Translations under genes and position numbers: made by a program
Assembly (NCBI GenBank): GCA_902796515.1
Contig: CADBOZ010000122.1
Location: forward strand, 10,924-74,923
DNA: 64,000 bases
Reading direction: 5' to 3'
Source of the DNA: an uncultured bacterium
GTDB taxonomy: Bacteria > Cyanobacteriota > Vampirovibrionia > Gastranaerophilales > Gastranaerophilaceae
Notes under the pieces: generated by a model
What the model was told of the DNA's origin: nothing
Seen by the model: the letters and a program-made list of their open reading frames with translations, nothing else
Database searches by the model: none
Shown: in pieces, positions 27,629 through 36,920 of the stretch
Layout of the letters: each line of letters begins with the position of its first letter
How positions within the stretch are numbered: the stretch's first letter is position 1

Positions 27629-29157
27629 TGAATAATTCGGGACAAACAATACATATAAAGAAGGAAATTCTGGTTAGAATAATAAAAGCGTATCTTTCAG
27701 GTAATTTTGAAGAACAAACAAGACTTATACCGTACGATATGCGCCCTAAAGGAATGGAAGTTCCATACAGGTGCTGCGTTTATAAAGAAAGAGCAATTAT
27801 AAAAGACAGAGTAATTGCAGGGCTCGGTTTCCCGATAGAAGAGGATGACGAAACGGTTTCGCTTGCAAAATATGCCAAGCGTGCACTTGAAAGAAATGAA
27901 ATAAGTGATAAAAATTTAACGGTTTTACAAGCCGCTTGCAAAGGGTGTGCGACAAACAGGATATATGTTACGGACTTATGTCAGGGATGTGTTGCCCGCC
28001 CGTGCGAAACATCGTGTAAATTTGGTGCAGTTTCAATAATTAACGGACGTTCCGTTATTGATGAAACAAAATGTAAAAAATGTCAAATGTGTGTAAATGC
28101 TTGTCCGTATAAGGCAATTGTGAAGATTACCGTTCCATGTGAAGACGGATGTCCTGTTAATGCAATTAAAAAAGATGAAACGGGATTTGCAAGCATTGAT
28201 TACACGAAATGTATTAATTGCGGAAAATGTACCGCAGCTTGTCCTTTTGGCGCAGTGCATGAAAGAAGTCAAATAATTGATATTTTAAAATCAATAAGTT
28301 CGGATAAAAAAGTTATTGCTATGATTGCGCCATCTATTGTAGGGCAATTTCCGGGTTCGATATACCAGCTTAAAAGCGCAATGATTGAAGCGGGATTTGA
28401 TGATGTCTATGAAGTAGCGCTCGGTGCGGACATAACGGCAAATAATGAAGCAAAAGAGTTTACGGAAAGAATGCATGGCGTTAATGATTGGGTCGGCGAC
28501 TGGGTGAACGAAGGCGGATACGGACAACAAGAGTCTTCATCGGAAACAAAAAAACAGAACTTTATGACAACAAGCTGCTGTGCGGGATATAATCAATTGA
28601 TTAAAAAACACCTGCCGGAAATTAAGCCATATGTATCCGATACTAAAACTCCTCTTTACTATACGGCAGAGATTGTTAAAAAAGAAAATAAAGATGCAAT
28701 TACGGTCTTTGTAAGTCCTTGTGTTGCAAAAAGAGCGGAAGGATTTGAAAATGACAATGTAGATTTTGTTATGAATTACGAAGAGCTCGGCGCATTATTT
28801 ATTGCAAAAAAAATAGAAATTTTAAATTGCAAGGAAGCAAAATTTATAAAAGAAAGCTCCGCTCAGGGAAGATGCTTTGGATATACAGGCGGTGTTGCAA
28901 ATTCGGTAAAAGCCTCTTTAAAAGATGATTCCGTAATAAAACAGTGTGTTATTAACGGAATTAATAAAGAAAGCATTAAACTTCTCAAAAAGTATGCAAC
29001 ATCAGGTGTTTGTGAAGATGAATGCAATTTAATAGAAGTGATGTGCTGCGAAGGAGGCTGTATAGGCGGGAATGCCACGCTAAACAACCAGAAAACAGTT
29101 AAAAAACAAATTGATAATCTTGCTTCATCAAGCGAAGATATTAAAAAAATACAATAA
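27628..29157 (+). CDS. [FeFe]-hydrogenase catalytic subunit, group-B-like monomeric type
   Basis: 509 aa. Several 4Fe-4S Cys clusters (CKKCQMCVNACP, CINCGKCTAACP). H-cluster motifs FMTTSCCAGY (L1 variant), FVSPCVAKRAE (L2) and EVMCCEGGCIGG (L3). Confidence 0.85.
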   Translation: MNNSGQTIHIKKEILVRIIKAYLSGNFEEQTRLIPYDMRPKGMEVPYRCCVYKERAIIKDRVIAGLGFPIEEDDETVSLAKYAKRALERNEISDKNLTVLQAACKGCATNRIYVTDLCQGCVARPCETSCKFGAVSIINGRSVIDETKCKKCQMCVNACPYKAIVKITVPCEDGCPVNAIKKDETGFASIDYTKCINCGKCTAACPFGAVHERSQIIDILKSISSDKKVIAMIAPSIVGQFPGSIYQLKSAMIEAGFDDVYEVALGADITANNEAKEFTERMHGVNDWVGDWVNEGGYGQQESSSETKKQNFMTTSCCAGYNQLIKKHLPEIKPYVSDTKTPLYYTAEIVKKENKDAITVFVSPCVAKRAEGFENDNVDFVMNYEELGALFIAKKIEILNCKEAKFIKESSAQGRCFGYTGGVANSVKASLKDDSVIKQCVINGINKESIKLLKKYATSGVCEDECNLIEVMCCEGGCIGGNATLNNQKTVKKQIDNLASSSEDIKKIQ

Positions 29158-29183
29158 ATAAGATTTTATATTAAAATAATCTT

Positions 29184-29522
29184 ATGCTGAAATTTTTTAC
29201 ACCGATTATTTTATTAACAATTTCAAATGTTTTTATGACATTTGCATGGTACGGGCATTTACGCCACAAAAGCTCTGCTCTTTGGGTTGTAATTCTTGTA
29301 TCGTGGGGAATAGCTTTTTTTGAATATTGTTTTCAGGTTCCCGCCAATCGTTTCGGGCATGAAGTATATAATGTTGTGCAATTAAAAACAATTCAGGAAG
29401 TTATAACCCTTATAATATTCAGTCTTTTCAGTATATTTTATTTAAAAGAACAATTCAGATGGAATTATCTCGTAGGTTTTATTTTTATTGTTCTTGCGGT
29501 ATTTTTTATTTTTAAAAAATAA
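29184..29522 (+). CDS. DMT-superfamily small membrane protein (DUF486 type)
   Basis: 112 aa. ...NVFMTFAWYGHLRHK...SWGIAFFEYCFQVPANR...LKTIQEVITL... is typical of the family. Confidence 0.8.
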   Translation: MLKFFTPIILLTISNVFMTFAWYGHLRHKSSALWVVILVSWGIAFFEYCFQVPANRFGHEVYNVVQLKTIQEVITLIIFSLFSIFYLKEQFRWNYLVGFIFIVLAVFFIFKK

Positions 29523-29537
29523 ATTTAAGGGATTTAT

Positions 29538-30785
29538 ATGTCGCTTCATCAAAAACATTATTACAGATTTATTTTAATAACGCTCGGGACTATACTTTAT
29601 TTTTTGGCAAATATCCAGCGTGTTGCAATTCCGGGGGCGATATTTGATTTGCTTCAGGGAAATTTCCTTGTGAGTGCATCAAAAATTACGCTTCTTGGGT
29701 CAATTTTCTGCTATGTATATGCTTTTTGTCAGCTTATAGTCGGACTTATGGTTGATAAATTCGGCGGCTTCAGGGTTATTGCCATAGGAAGTGTTGTTTT
29801 TTCAATAGGTGCGATTTTATTTCCTCTTTCGGATAATATAAATATCCTTTATTTGAGCAGAGGACTTGTAGGCTTCGGTGCGGCAACATTTTATTTAAGC
29901 TCAATCAGAGAAGTAAAAAAATTTGCAAAAGATAAAAATTTTTCTCTTGCAATATCTTATATTTTGTTTATCGGATATTGCGGAGGGATATTTGCAAATG
30001 CGCCGTTTGTTGCCGTTGTTAATCAAGCGGGATGGCAAAATTCCCTGTTCTTAATAGGCTGCTTTACCGCAGTTGTTACTTTAATATATTTAACTTTGCT
30101 TCTAATCTTTAAACCCGTGCATATTGAAAAAAAGTCACATCTCAGTTTTTCACCGTTTATTGAAGTTTTAAAGAATAAGAAAAATATAAATCTTTATATT
30201 TTCGGCAGCATAAATTACGGACTATACTACGTTTTGCAAAGTATTATAGGTAAAAAATTTCTGCAGGATTTTTGCAACTTCGGAGTAAATAAAGCAGCCG
30301 TAATATTGTCTATAATGGCTGTAATATCCGCATTTGCAGGGACAATTGTTGCTTATATTTCAAAATGTATAGGAAACAAACGAGCTCCTATTTTTAAAAT
30401 TGTCGGAATTTTATCCGTTTTATCCGTTTTATCCGTTTTCGGACTTTTGTTTTTTGATATTCATTCCAAAATAATTGCTTTAATATTCTGTATACCGTCT
30501 TTTATAGGAAGTATTTCTCCTCTTTTGATTTTAACTTTACATTGTTTAAACAGGTATGAAGTATCTGCAACCGCGGTAAGTATACAAAACTTCGGATTTT
30601 TTATGATGGTTGGTATTTTAGGGATGATATCGGGGCTGCTAATGAATGTATTTGAGCCTCAAAATATAAACGGTATTCTTATATATTCAAACAAATCTTA
30701 CGCTCTTGTATACGGGTTGTTTTTAATACTAAGCGTAATTCAGGCAATTTGCGCGTTTAGAATAAAAGATGAAAAATTAATCTAA
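29538..30785 (+). CDS. MFS transporter
   Basis: 415 aa with about 12 TM segments. MFS-like loop MVDKFGGFRV. Confidence 0.8.
   Translation: MSLHQKHYYRFILITLGTILYFLANIQRVAIPGAIFDLLQGNFLVSASKITLLGSIFCYVYAFCQLIVGLMVDKFGGFRVIAIGSVVFSIGAILFPLSDNINILYLSRGLVGFGAATFYLSSIREVKKFAKDKNFSLAISYILFIGYCGGIFANAPFVAVVNQAGWQNSLFLIGCFTAVVTLIYLTLLLIFKPVHIEKKSHLSFSPFIEVLKNKKNINLYIFGSINYGLYYVLQSIIGKKFLQDFCNFGVNKAAVILSIMAVISAFAGTIVAYISKCIGNKRAPIFKIVGILSVLSVLSVFGLLFFDIHSKIIALIFCIPSFIGSISPLLILTLHCLNRYEVSATAVSIQNFGFFMMVGILGMISGLLMNVFEPQNINGILIYSNKSYALVYGLFLILSVIQAICAFRIKDEKLI
30411..30437 (+). repeat. 3 x 9-nt perfect tandem repeat (ttatccgtt) inside the MFS CDS
   Basis: The DNA reads ttatccgtt three times and encodes LSV-LSV-LSV (track: ILSVLSVLSVFGL). 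Confidence 0.8.
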
Positions 30786-31457
30786 AAAATCATTAATTCT
30801 TTCAGGTGCAAGATACATAGGTGTTCCTTGCTTTTGAATGTATGTTTGTGTTTTTTTATATTCTTCCATTTTGCTTTCAATATAGCTTTGAACTTCCGTA
30901 TCATAGGCCTTGAAGCCCATTTTATAATAAAAAGGAATAGGTGAGCCTACAGCCTCGTTTATAACCATGGCATTCAAAATAACTCTTCCCTCATATCCTT
31001 TTTCGAAGCTTCTTTTAACGGCTTCTTTAAGCATAAAGCTTCCGGCACCTTTACCTTTTGAAAAAAGAAGAGATATCTCAATTGCTCCTTTATTGTTTGA
31101 ATAAAATTCATTATCGCAATCTTCGGTTTTGCATTTTGTTTCGATTGTTTTCATAGTGGCTTTTATATCGTCATCCGTTCCTTTTAATATATAAAACCCT
31201 TCATCAAAAGTTGTGAGTTTGTATTTTTCTCCTTGTATATCAACAATTTCTTCTTTAAAGCTCGGTACTTCATATGCGGAAGCGCATAAATCAAGAGTGC
31301 TATCGAAAATCGCTTTTTCTTCTTTTTGTTTTATATCTTTATAGCCTGCCTTAAAATTAACATTATTTAAGGCGGGAGAATAATAATTAAAAAGATTTAT
31401 TTTTCCGATATTCATACTTCTTTTAAAAAACAAAAATACAAAATTTTGCCATTGCAA
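30777..31457 (-). CDS. GNAT-like (acetyltransferase-fold) protein with a non-hydrophobic N-terminal leader; tandem paralog 1
   Basis: 226 aa in the track, which uses a TTG start. The likelier start is the internal MNIGKINLF... about 14 codons in. GNAT-like motif A SKGKGAGSFMLKEAV and a C-terminal SPIPFYYKMGF. Confidence 0.55.
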   Translation of the reverse strand: MQWQNFVFLFFKRSMNIGKINLFNYYSPALNNVNFKAGYKDIKQKEEKAIFDSTLDLCASAYEVPSFKEEIVDIQGEKYKLTTFDEGFYILKGTDDDIKATMKTIETKCKTEDCDNEFYSNNKGAIEISLLFSKGKGAGSFMLKEAVKRSFEKGYEGRVILNAMVINEAVGSPIPFYYKMGFKAYDTEVQSYIESKMEEYKKTQTYIQKQGTPMYLAPERINDFLD

Positions 31458-31459
31458 AA

Positions 31460-32107
31460 TTAATTAAGGTATTCCTTGATTTTTTCAGGGTCAAGATACA
31501 TAAATACACCTTCAATATCTATATCTTTTCCTGTTTTTTCATATCTTTGAATTTCTTTATCAATCCTTGATTGCTCTTCGGGGTAAAATGCTCTAAAACC
31601 TAACTTATTATAAAAAGGAATGGGTGAACCCGCTTTTTCAAATATATTGCAGGCAAATATTATAACTCTTCCTTCATAACCGAGTTCAAAGCTTTTTTTA
31701 ACCGCCTGCCTAATCATTTCTTTGCCTGCGCCGTTGCCTTTTGAATAAAGTCCTTTAATCTGAACGGCACCGTTATTATCGGAATAAAAATCGGATAAAC
31801 ATCCTTTGGTTTTAGATTCTTGTATGCCAAGACTCATTGTGGCTTTTATATCGCCAATGCCTGATTTTAAGACATAAAAACCGTTATCATACGAAACAAG
31901 AGTCAGTTTATTCCCGTTAACATTAACCGCTTCTTTTTTACAACTTGTTGCCAATGTGCTATTGTGATTTATGTGTAATCTTAAAATTTTATCAAATAAA
32001 ATTTTATCTTCATCGGATTTAATATCCTTATATCCCAAAAAAGCCGGTTTTTGAATTTTCGGACGGGAATAAGAATATGTTACGGGATTAATTCTTGTGA
32101 TTTGCAT
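31460..32107 (-). CDS. GNAT-like protein with a non-hydrophobic N-terminal leader; tandem paralog 2
   Basis: 215 aa. SKGNGAGKEMIRQAV and SPIPFYNKLGF. Clearly homologous along its length to 30777..31457. Confidence 0.55.
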   Translation of the reverse strand: MQITRINPVTYSYSRPKIQKPAFLGYKDIKSDEDKILFDKILRLHINHNSTLATSCKKEAVNVNGNKLTLVSYDNGFYVLKSGIGDIKATMSLGIQESKTKGCLSDFYSDNNGAVQIKGLYSKGNGAGKEMIRQAVKKSFELGYEGRVIIFACNIFEKAGSPIPFYNKLGFRAFYPEEQSRIDKEIQRYEKTGKDIDIEGVFMYLDPEKIKEYLN

Positions 32108-32141
32108 ACATTTATATAAAACATGTAAAGTTTAAAAGTTG

Positions 32142-33923
32142 CTAAGGTGAAAGAATAACCATTTCGCAGTTTTTACAGTCAAATTTAAGCGGATATTTGA
32201 CATTTTTTTCATCAACAAGATATAGTTCTTCGTTTGTGCCGCAATCCAAAAAAGCTCTTTTCAGACAATGTTTTGTCCTCATAAGTTCTAAATTTTTTTT
32301 ATCTTTTAATTTTTCAAAACTGTCCTGACATACTTTGCATCCGCATAATTCATAAAATTCGCGGGCTTTTTTATTGTGAACATTCAGCCTGTAGTCACCT
32401 TTATCTTTTGGAAATTTTGCTATATTAAGAGGCGGCTGCTTTTTAACTTTATATCTTGATAAAATCAGTTCTTTTAATTTTTCCGAAATTTCTCTTCTTA
32501 TTTCATTTACCTTTGAAACAGGAAGGAAGGGGATATCTTCGGTTTTAAATTCGATATCCGACACTAAAAACGGCGTATCTGTCGTTTTTGAGAGTGACTT
32601 AATAAAATTATCCTTCATTTTATCTTTGTCTTTAGCGGTTTCCTGACTTACAAATTCTATAAAAGTTTTATTGTTGTCTTCGTCAAAAACCGTTATTTTA
32701 TCTTTATATACAATAAATTTTATTTCAAGCTTTCTTTGAAATACGGTATTTTTAAGCGTTTTATTAAATTCCGTATCAAGATTTCTGTATACACCATCCC
32801 CTTTTTTTAAGTTGAGTTTTTTGTTCGGATATATTTTAATCCCGTCTTTAAGCTTATCGGTTTTATTTACAAGACAACCCGAAATTGAATTATCCGAGAT
32901 AAAAATAAGACCGTCCTGCGGATTAACGGAAGAATTTGTTTTAACCGTAAAATTGTTTTCATTTATTGAAGTTATTTTTCCCAGAAATTCACCTGTTGAC
33001 TTTGGAGTTAAAAAATTATAAATATTATCTTTTTTATTGAATAAGTAATCGTCGCAAAAACCTCTGTTAAAAGTTTTTTCCAATTTCGGGGTAAAATCAG
33101 CCAAAATCTTTCCCTTTGATATTCTGGGGTATTTTTCAAGAAGTTTGTGATAAAAATAAACATTATTTTTTATAAAATTTTCATCCTTTAATCTTCCTTC
33201 GATTTTAAAGCTTGTAACCCCCGCTTTTATAAGTTTATCAAGATGAGAAGACAAGTTATTATCCTTTAAAGATAAAAGATATTTATTTTTTGCAAGATAT
33301 TCCCCTTTTTTATTAATTAAAGAATATTGTTTTCTGCAAGCTTGAGCACATTGACCTCTGTTTGCGCTTCTTTGTCCGATATAAGAAGATAAATAACATT
33401 GTCCCGAGTAGCATACACAAAGCGCGCCGGCTATAAAATGTTCAAGTTCAATATTTGTATTTTTTCTTATTTTTTCAATATCCGTAAGCGTCAGTTCTCT
33501 TGCAAGAATTACTCTTTTTAATCCTATTTCTTCAAAGAACTTAACTTTTTCCAAATCCCTTATGTCGCATTGAGTACTTGCATGAAGTACTATGGGCGGA
33601 AGCTTGTTTTCTGCGGCTAAATTTAAAATGCCGAAATCCTGAATTATAACGGCATCAACTTTTATTTTATACAATTGCTTTATTATTTTTTCGGCTTCAA
33701 TAAGCTCATCATCGTCCAATATAGTGTTTAAAGTAACATATACCTTGACATTAAAAAGATGAGCATAATCCGTAACTTTTTTAATGTCTTCGATTGAATT
33801 GGATGCACTATGCCTTGCGCCGAAAAGATTAGCGCCTATGTATACGGCATCGGCACCTGAATTTATTGCATCAATTGCCGTTGTATAATTCTTTGCGGGA
33901 GCTAAAAGTTCGAGTTTTTGCAT
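32142..33923 (-). CDS. peptidase U32 family protein (long form with a Cys-rich C-terminal extension)
   Basis: 593 aa. LELLAPAKNYTTAIDAINSGADAVYIG, and the U32 signature EHFIAGALCVCYSGQCYLSS. Confidence 0.85.
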   Translation of the reverse strand: MQKLELLAPAKNYTTAIDAINSGADAVYIGANLFGARHSASNSIEDIKKVTDYAHLFNVKVYVTLNTILDDDELIEAEKIIKQLYKIKVDAVIIQDFGILNLAAENKLPPIVLHASTQCDIRDLEKVKFFEEIGLKRVILARELTLTDIEKIRKNTNIELEHFIAGALCVCYSGQCYLSSYIGQRSANRGQCAQACRKQYSLINKKGEYLAKNKYLLSLKDNNLSSHLDKLIKAGVTSFKIEGRLKDENFIKNNVYFYHKLLEKYPRISKGKILADFTPKLEKTFNRGFCDDYLFNKKDNIYNFLTPKSTGEFLGKITSINENNFTVKTNSSVNPQDGLIFISDNSISGCLVNKTDKLKDGIKIYPNKKLNLKKGDGVYRNLDTEFNKTLKNTVFQRKLEIKFIVYKDKITVFDEDNNKTFIEFVSQETAKDKDKMKDNFIKSLSKTTDTPFLVSDIEFKTEDIPFLPVSKVNEIRREISEKLKELILSRYKVKKQPPLNIAKFPKDKGDYRLNVHNKKAREFYELCGCKVCQDSFEKLKDKKNLELMRTKHCLKRAFLDCGTNEELYLVDEKNVKYPLKFDCKNCEMVILSP

Positions 33924-33926
33924 GAT

Positions 33927-34526
33927 TTACTTATTTATTCTTTCTCTTCTTGTGATTTTAAAGAGTTTTTCGCTTACGAGTTTTTCTCCAATCCAGTGTG
34001 CAATGAGTTTTCCGTTTTCGTCATATACAAACTGCTCGTCATTATCCGCTGAAATTGAAACATTGATAAGGTTTCCGTACCTTGAATAACCTATTGTTTT
34101 CATATAGTTTTCATTGTGTTCAACAATGTCAAATCTCAGCAAATTGCCGAAAATATTGTAATAATATGTTGTATCGTCTTCTGTTACGTAAGTTACGGCA
34201 TAAGACAGAAGTGTTTCTTTAAAAAAGAACGGACAAAGGACTCTTGAGTCTATTTCATACTCTTTATTTTTAATAGATGCAATATTTTCTTTTCTGTTCG
34301 GGTCTTTAAGGTAATCTTTGTAGAAAGATTTTTCTATTTTTCTCGGTAAATCCCTGAAAGCTTCTATTCTTGCGCTTGCTTCATTATATTTTATTCCCGC
34401 TTTTATAACTTCTTCCTCTTCTTCCGCAAAAGCAAAAGAGAATACGGACAGCGTAAAAATAAGTAATATTGCCCTAATCATCATTTTTTTCATAAAATTC
34501 CTCAGCTTTCCTGAACATTTCGTCAA
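33927..34526 (-). CDS. hypothetical exported protein
   Basis: 199 aa in the track. The likely start is MKKMMIRAILLIF (signal peptide). No recognised motif. Confidence 0.4.
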   Translation of the reverse strand: MTKCSGKLRNFMKKMMIRAILLIFTLSVFSFAFAEEEEEVIKAGIKYNEASARIEAFRDLPRKIEKSFYKDYLKDPNRKENIASIKNKEYEIDSRVLCPFFFKETLLSYAVTYVTEDDTTYYYNIFGNLLRFDIVEHNENYMKTIGYSRYGNLINVSISADNDEQFVYDENGKLIAHWIGEKLVSEKLFKITRRERINK

Positions 34527-35370
34527 TATTTTTTACGGGTATAATTTCTTTGTTGCTTCTAAAATATGTCAGTTGTCTTTTTGCAAAGTTTCTCGTATGT
34601 TGTTTTATTTTTTCAATAATTTCATTTTCGTCTTTATAAAGTTTTGAGTCAAAAAATTCTTTATAACCTATTGTAGCGTATAAAATTTTGTTATTCGGAT
34701 ATTTTTCTTTATTCTTGCGCCATTCTTCCTTCAAACCCAGACTTATCATTTTATCTACCCTTTTATTAATTCTTTCATAAAGAATATTTCTTTCAATGTC
34801 GGGCATAATATACAAAACATTGTATTTGGGATTTTCTTTTCTTTTATATTCGCTTACCGGCATATTAAGCTGAACGCACATTTCAATTGAGCGAATAACC
34901 TTATCTTTGTTATTCGGATGTATTAAAGAAGCTCTTTTGGAATCGAGCCTGTTTAATCTTTCCCAGAGGGTAATGTTGTCGAGTTTTGATAATTCTTCCC
35001 TTAATTCTTTATTTATTCTGCATTCAGGCAGAGCCTCTTTATTTATAAGGCTTTTTATATAAAACCATGTTCCGCCCGATATAATTACGTTTTTATTTTT
35101 TGATAATATGTCATTAATTGATTTTGTGGCTTCAAAAACGAAATCACCTGCGGAAAATTCTTTTTCTACCGTCAATATATCAATTAAATGATGCTTAATC
35201 CCGCATTGTTCTTCAACAGACGGTTTTGCGCTTACTATATCCAAATCTTTATAAACAATTCTTGAATCGGCACAGATAATTTCAGCGTTAAACTTCTTCG
35301 CCAGTTGTATCGCTGATGTTGTCTTCCCCGATGCTGTCGCTCCTGTCAGGATTAGAATTTTTTTGTTCAT
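34474..35370 (-). CDS. miaA: tRNA dimethylallyltransferase
   Basis: 298 aa. P-loop LTGATASGKTT, then ...IICADSRIVYKDLDIVSAKP....HHLIDI... Confidence 0.9.
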   Translation of the reverse strand: MNKKILILTGATASGKTTSAIQLAKKFNAEIICADSRIVYKDLDIVSAKPSVEEQCGIKHHLIDILTVEKEFSAGDFVFEATKSINDILSKNKNVIISGGTWFYIKSLINKEALPECRINKELREELSKLDNITLWERLNRLDSKRASLIHPNNKDKVIRSIEMCVQLNMPVSEYKRKENPKYNVLYIMPDIERNILYERINKRVDKMISLGLKEEWRKNKEKYPNNKILYATIGYKEFFDSKLYKDENEIIEKIKQHTRNFAKRQLTYFRSNKEIIPVKNIDEMFRKAEEFYEKNDD

Positions 35371-36148
35371 AACAGTTAAATATTATCATAATAACGTAAG
35401 ATACGAAATATATATGAATAAATAAATTAATAACGCTCAAAATAGGATTGAATGAAGTTAAAGTTTTTAATATTCCCATAAGCATAAAAGTAAGGCAAAA
35501 TATTGCATAGAGTCCTATTGATAAACCGAAGTTTTTAAATGTAAATTTAAAACATTCAAGAAATGCCGTAAACGGTTTTATAAAGATGTTTTTTGCCTCG
35601 GTTTTAACAAAAGTTACGGGTAAAAACATAAACATGAAATTAAATACGGAATATAAAACAATAAAAGTAATTTGCCATCCGTATATAATAAACATCTTAT
35701 CCGACGAAAGATTGTTTATGTAATCAAGATATGCATTGCTGTCACCCGATAAAGTTGAAATATCTTTTATTAAAAACGAAGGATCGCCGAATACTTTTAA
35801 AGAAAATTCTTTTGCGATATATGAAACAAGAAAAATTGCAATTGAATATACAATTATTGTTATAATTGACGGTACAATATTTTTTCCCGCACCTTCAAAA
35901 AATATTCCCGCTAAAGACTTCTTTTCTTTTTTTCCCGCTTCATCAAACAGTTGAAGCCATCCCCCAAAAAATACCGCAAATAAAAGAAATATACAAACAA
36001 GTATCAAAAGTCCGTATATTTTTGACTGCATTAAAAAAATGTAAGGAGTAAATAAACTCAACAAAATTAAAAACAAAACCAGAAACAAAGTTATTGCCGG
36101 CGAATTGTTCACATCTTTAAAGGATTTTTTTATCAGCTGCGATATCAT
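35288..36148 (-). CDS. hypothetical polytopic membrane protein
   Basis: 286 aa with about 6 hydrophobic segments. Its 3' end overlaps the miaA start by about 80 nt. Confidence 0.5.
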   Translation of the reverse strand: MISQLIKKSFKDVNNSPAITLFLVLFLILLSLFTPYIFLMQSKIYGLLILVCIFLLFAVFFGGWLQLFDEAGKKEKKSLAGIFFEGAGKNIVPSIITIIVYSIAIFLVSYIAKEFSLKVFGDPSFLIKDISTLSGDSNAYLDYINNLSSDKMFIIYGWQITFIVLYSVFNFMFMFLPVTFVKTEAKNIFIKPFTAFLECFKFTFKNFGLSIGLYAIFCLTFMLMGILKTLTSFNPILSVINLFIHIYFVSYVIMIIFNCYEQKNSNPDRSDSIGEDNISDTTGEEV

Positions 36149-36244
36149 TATTACCTCTTATAAATAATCAATTAAAATTTACAAATTCTTTTAAATAATC
36201 TATTATTAAATATAGTACGAGCAACCAAAAATACAAGGTAAAAA

Positions 36245-36919
36245 ATGTTAAATTTTTCAAAAAAACATAATTATCCGGGAGTGTTGATTTGTGTTGAAGG
36301 AATAGACGGTTCGGGAAAATCGACACAAATTGAACTTTTATACAGCTGGCTGAAATCAAAAAATGCGGATGTGATTTTAACCCAGTGGAACAGCTCCGAA
36401 CTTATCGCAAACACTACCAAAAAGGCAAAAAAGAAGAATTTATTATCGGGAAGAACATTTTCTCTTCTTCATGCCGTTGATTTTGCAGACAGACTGGAGC
36501 GAACAATAAAACCCGCCCTAAAAGCCGGATTTATTGTACTTGCCGACAGATATGTATATACGGCTTTTGCAAGGGACGTTGCAAGGGAAGTAGACCCGAA
36601 GTGGGTCAGAAATTTGTATGGTTTTGCAATAAAACCCGATTTGGCTTTTTATTTTGATGTATCTCCGAGGGACAGTCTGGAAAGAATTTGCTCAAACAGG
36701 CAGCCGGGGTATTATGAAGCCGGAATGGACATGAAATTATCCAACAATCCGTATAAGAGTTATGTTATATTTCAAAACAGAATAGCGGAACAATACAGAA
36801 ACATGCTTGACGAGTTTGAGTTAATTAAAATTGATGCAAAAGAGTCAATTCATAAAAAGCAGGAGCTTATAAGAGCGAAGGTTTTGGAAGTTTTGGAAAA
36901 AAATAAAATTAAGGTTTAA
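36245..36919 (+). CDS. thymidylate-kinase-like P-loop kinase, tandem copy 1
   Basis: 224 aa. P-loop VEGIDGSGKSTQ and a DRY box LADRYVYTAFARD. Confidence 0.7.
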   Translation: MLNFSKKHNYPGVLICVEGIDGSGKSTQIELLYSWLKSKNADVILTQWNSSELIANTTKKAKKKNLLSGRTFSLLHAVDFADRLERTIKPALKAGFIVLADRYVYTAFARDVAREVDPKWVRNLYGFAIKPDLAFYFDVSPRDSLERICSNRQPGYYEAGMDMKLSNNPYKSYVIFQNRIAEQYRNMLDEFELIKIDAKESIHKKQELIRAKVLEVLEKNKIKV

Positions 36920-36920
36920 T

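Noticed and set aside
30921-30965. Apparent local double frameshift when I hand-translated this stretch of the GNAT-like gene
   Set aside because: My manual count of two homopolymer runs disagreed with the supplied ORF translation (NEAVGSPIPFYY). That translation is itself supported by the paralog (KAGSPIPFYN). I attribute the discrepancy to my own counting error, not to a real feature.
31416-31457. N-terminal 14 codons (TTG start, MQWQNFVFLFFKRS) of the first GNAT-like ORF
   Set aside because: The paralog alignment and the leader pattern begin at the internal Met (MNIGKINLF). The extension reaches the stop of the upstream gene, so it is probably just open frame.
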